DNA of 37,666 nucleotides from Elsinoe ampelina (Eukaryota): NCBI GenBank assembly GCA_010093995.1, contig ML992545.1, positions 1 to 37,666 of the forward strand, read 5' to 3'. Shown piece by piece: positions 34,739 to 37,666 of this stretch (position 1 is its first letter; each line of letters starts with the position of its first letter). The notes under the pieces were generated by a model. It saw only the letters and a program-made list of their open reading frames with translations, ran no database searches and was not told where the DNA came from. The position numbers and the translations under genes were made by a program.

Positions 34739-35144
34739 CGAGGCGTTGGCTGTCGAAGTCTGGTTCTTCGCTACCAGATTACCAAGGAGAGGAAAGGATG
34801 AATGGCGAAGATGGCATTCAGCTGATCTCTCGAGGGTGTATAGCCTATGTAAAAGTTGAGCAAGTTTCGGTGGAGTCAAGGTAAAACGCCTTGTGCCCTG
34901 CCTCATTCACGGGTCGAATTTCTCTTAGTCTCAGGCAGAATTCAGTAAGGAGCGCGAGCGGCAGTGCAGTGTATCATACCCTCTAGAAAGTCTCAGCTGA
35001 CTGCAGCCAAGGCCAGCTGTGCTACACGTGAAAGGCAAACTAAAATCCAGGCAAAAACCACACGAGGTAAATACCCCGACGGCTTCAGCATTGACACGGC
35101 TTGGCTCACTGTTGAATCTCTTCTTCATCCGATCCTTCGGAGCA

Positions 35145-36112
35145 ATGAGCACGCCATTACAGTACTCGCCGGGATTCTGCGAGTATGCAAAATTTGTGTC
35201 TACAGAGCCAGAGTTGGCTGTCTTTCCGCGGTTCAACGATGTTTCCGTGAGGAATCTTGTTCATCTGATGGAGCAGGTCCGAGAACTGCAACTCCAGCTG
35301 GAGCGTTTTGACTCGGAGGAAAAAGAATTACTGAAGACGGCAACGGGTCGAGAGAAGATGGGAATCCAAGGTGTGAACCAGAGTTGGGCGGCGTTCCTAC
35401 ATGGCGCAAAGCACAATGAACGGCTTCAGAAAAAGCTGAAAGTTGCCCTCGAGCTGGAGGATGTTCTGGAGCGATACCGTGAGCTCATCCATGGTCTATG
35501 CGCGTCGGCATACTGACGAAGACGAGCAGAAAGAGCCTTGATCTCTCACAGCGCGGTCATGCGTCTACCGCCTCCGCAACAGCATGTTGCCAGAGTCTGC
35601 CAGAACTGGATCACTCAACAAGAACCGATGGAGGACAACGCCCACCTCACATGCGACCGGAAAGATCTCGTCAGCCTGTACACAGCTTCTCATGAAGAGG
35701 ATCTGCTGTCCAGGATCGTCCAAAGTCTCTGCGGCTGGTATTATAGAGACAAGAGGGTCGTTCCGTCGAATTGGGACGAGATTCCGATCTACGACGATGA
35801 GAAGACACAGCGGATCACATCCTTCTTCACTGTGTTCATTGCAGTGATCATGCTGTTCGGAGCGACTGCGATCCTGACGTTCGCAAAGGATGTAACTCCT
35901 GTCCAGAGAATGGCCATTATAGGAGCTTTCACGGCGACATTTGCATCTTTGGTCGGAGTCTTCACCAACTGCAAGAGGAGCGAGTTATTTGTTGCAGTCT
36001 CGACGTATGCCCACTTCCCAGTCGTGGCAATGAATGTTGCTGACAGTCTTCCAGGTACTCGGCAGTGCTGGTAGTATTCGCAGAAGTGACAAACAAAGCG
36101 GCATCAATGTAG
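35145..36112 (+). CDS. DUF6594-like membrane protein, copy B, ~288 aa
   Basis: Exons 35145-35478, 35530-36004 and 36055-36112, with the same two intron positions and phases as copy A. Sequence runs FPRFNDVSVRNLVHLMEQVRELQLQL...DLLSRIV...FTNCKRSELFVAVSTYSAVLVVFAEVT. Confidence 0.82.
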
Positions 36113-37072
36113 CATGGAGCTGTGCCTTGTTTCGTGACCTTAAGTTGCCCAAGTTATGATAGAAAAGCGTGACTTTTGTGTGGGAGTCAGGGATCTGTAT
36201 TTGATGCACTGATAAAAAAAAAAGGTGCTTGAAGCCAAGGGGAAAATGAAAATTGCCACTCTCATCGATACCAGTCAATACACCTCGTCATCCGTGTCAG
36301 CATATTTGATTCCGCACATAATCGTTTGCCAGCAGCCCAGCGGAGTAGAACTAGTCTGTCAATGACACTGAACCCTCGCCTGAGGTATTCAGAACATGAT
36401 GGTGCCCACGGAAGATTCAAGCTCGAAACTTGACCCTCTCCCGTGCCTCACCTGCAACGATAACAAGGCAAATCCGCAGTGCACGCATTCCGCCCACGTC
36501 GACAGGCATTCGGAACACCCTTCTCAGCCCCAGATGTATCGAGATCGTACAAAAATCGTAGGAGTGACCGAGGTGGCGGCCGGCAAATGCAACTCAGCTC
36601 TGCCTCAGACAGCCACTTCCACTCAGCTTTGCCTTCTTTTTTCGTGTGGGAGCATCTGCAATGCCGTGATCAACGACGGGCGACACCGCAAAGTGTCTCA
36701 GACGGGGCTGAGAGGTCCAGGCAATCTGGCTGGTGACGGTCATGTCGTGGTGATGAGAAGTGGTTGAGTGGAGATGAGACCGCGAGACGGACGCGGGCAA
36801 GCTCTGTTTTCGGGTACGATCACGTGACAGCAAGCTGGCATTCATTGCTTGCAGCACGACGGGAGGAGTTCAGGTCGGGGGAAATGCATATCAGATACTG
36901 TGAAAGTATATCCGCATACCGGGGCTATTCTACATATTCATTCTCGTGACCACGCTCTCGAGCATGTCTGTCGTGACAAACTAAACTAACGAAAGTCATA
37001 TGCACGTCCCACACAGACCGAACCCTGCTTTTGCCCCCTCGTATCTCGCATTACGGTGGTGGTCCCGCGAAC

Positions 37073-37666
37073 TTACACAAATAGACTGTTGTTGTCATCC
37101 AGACTATACTGCTTGAGCACATCCGCCAATTTCTTCGCCTCCTGAGCGTAGTTGATCGGGGTAGCCGAAAGCACTTGATACCTCACCCTGTCGTTCATTA
37201 GCACTACCACAACAAATCGACTACGTGAACTGGAACTCACCTCTGCTGATCCTGGAACGTATCCATCTTCGCCCTACACCTGAACATCAGGGCCTTACAG
37301 TTCGCTTCCTGAAACAGATCCGTGACTTTCTTGTCGTCTCCATCCTCGCGAGCTGCCTGCACGTCGTTGGCCGGCACACCCATGACCATTCTGCCCACCT
37401 CGTCGAAGCAGCTCAGCCATAGCTGGCCAGTGTAGTCTGCTACGTTCAATTGCATGACATAGCGGTAGTCCGGCTTGGGATGAGACTTGTCGCACTTCTC
37501 GCAGCGCCACTCGCCTGGATCGACCTCGATGACTTTCTTGTTGCACTCGGGTGTCAGGCAAGCTGGGTAGGCGAACGAATCTTGCTTGACGAAAACGATG
37601 GTGGCCTTGAGGTGGAAGTAGTCTGCTTCTTCAGACATGCCGAGATTCTCATCGCGAATCTGACCG
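37073..37666 (-). CDS. RFA1: Replication protein A 70 kDa subunit, 3' part (DBD-C with zinc finger)
   Basis: YPACLTPECNKKV...WRCEKCDKSHPKPDYRY...DYTGQLWLSCFDE. Intron 37240-37188. Last exon VRYQVLSATPINYAQEAKKLADVLKQY...FV*. The 5' part lies outside the window. Confidence 0.96.

Noticed and set aside
30050..34906. LTR retrotransposon interpretation of the retropepsin ORFs
   Set aside because: No gag, RT, RNase H, integrase, LTRs or target-site duplication are visible. The domains are tandem, and one gene has a spliceosomal-type intron.
28286..36112. RIP or a recent inverted repeat between the duplicated modules
   Set aside because: The copies match at protein level with many synonymous differences, reading frames are mostly open, and there is no obvious TpA/AT enrichment. 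No long near-identical nucleotide repeat is visible.
36396..36949. ORFs and a weak hairpin (~36884-36917) between DUF6594-B and RFA1
   Set aside because: No recognisable homology. The hairpin is short and imperfect, so there is no support for an ncRNA.

Overview
Gene-dense, intron-containing genomic DNA from a filamentous ascomycete (GT-AG introns of ~50 nt with CTRAC branch sites; Pezizomycotina-type proteins; taxon is inference). Positions 1-27.5 kb and the right end hold conserved genes: a DNMT5-type cytosine methyltransferase-SNF2 ATPase (runs off the left edge and is absent from the ORF track), a 2H phosphoesterase, a Gbp2/Hrb1 SR-like RRM protein, a mitochondrial carrier, a NYN/PIN-like protein, RPN12, a Zn2Cys6 factor, ubiquitin-S31, Ace2/Swi5, a secreted alpha/beta hydrolase, AUR1 and the 3' end of RFA1. 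Between AUR1 and RFA1 lies an ~8 kb accessory island. It contains two copies, in inverted orientation, of a head-to-head gene pair: a DUF6594-like membrane protein and a tandem double retropepsin-like aspartic protease. It also holds an orphan third copy of the membrane cassette and a relic of an unrelated hydrolase. This protease plus membrane-protein module is the best candidate for an undescribed system, possibly protease-controlled cell death or allorecognition. That function is inference only. All family assignments come from motif recognition by eye, with no database search.
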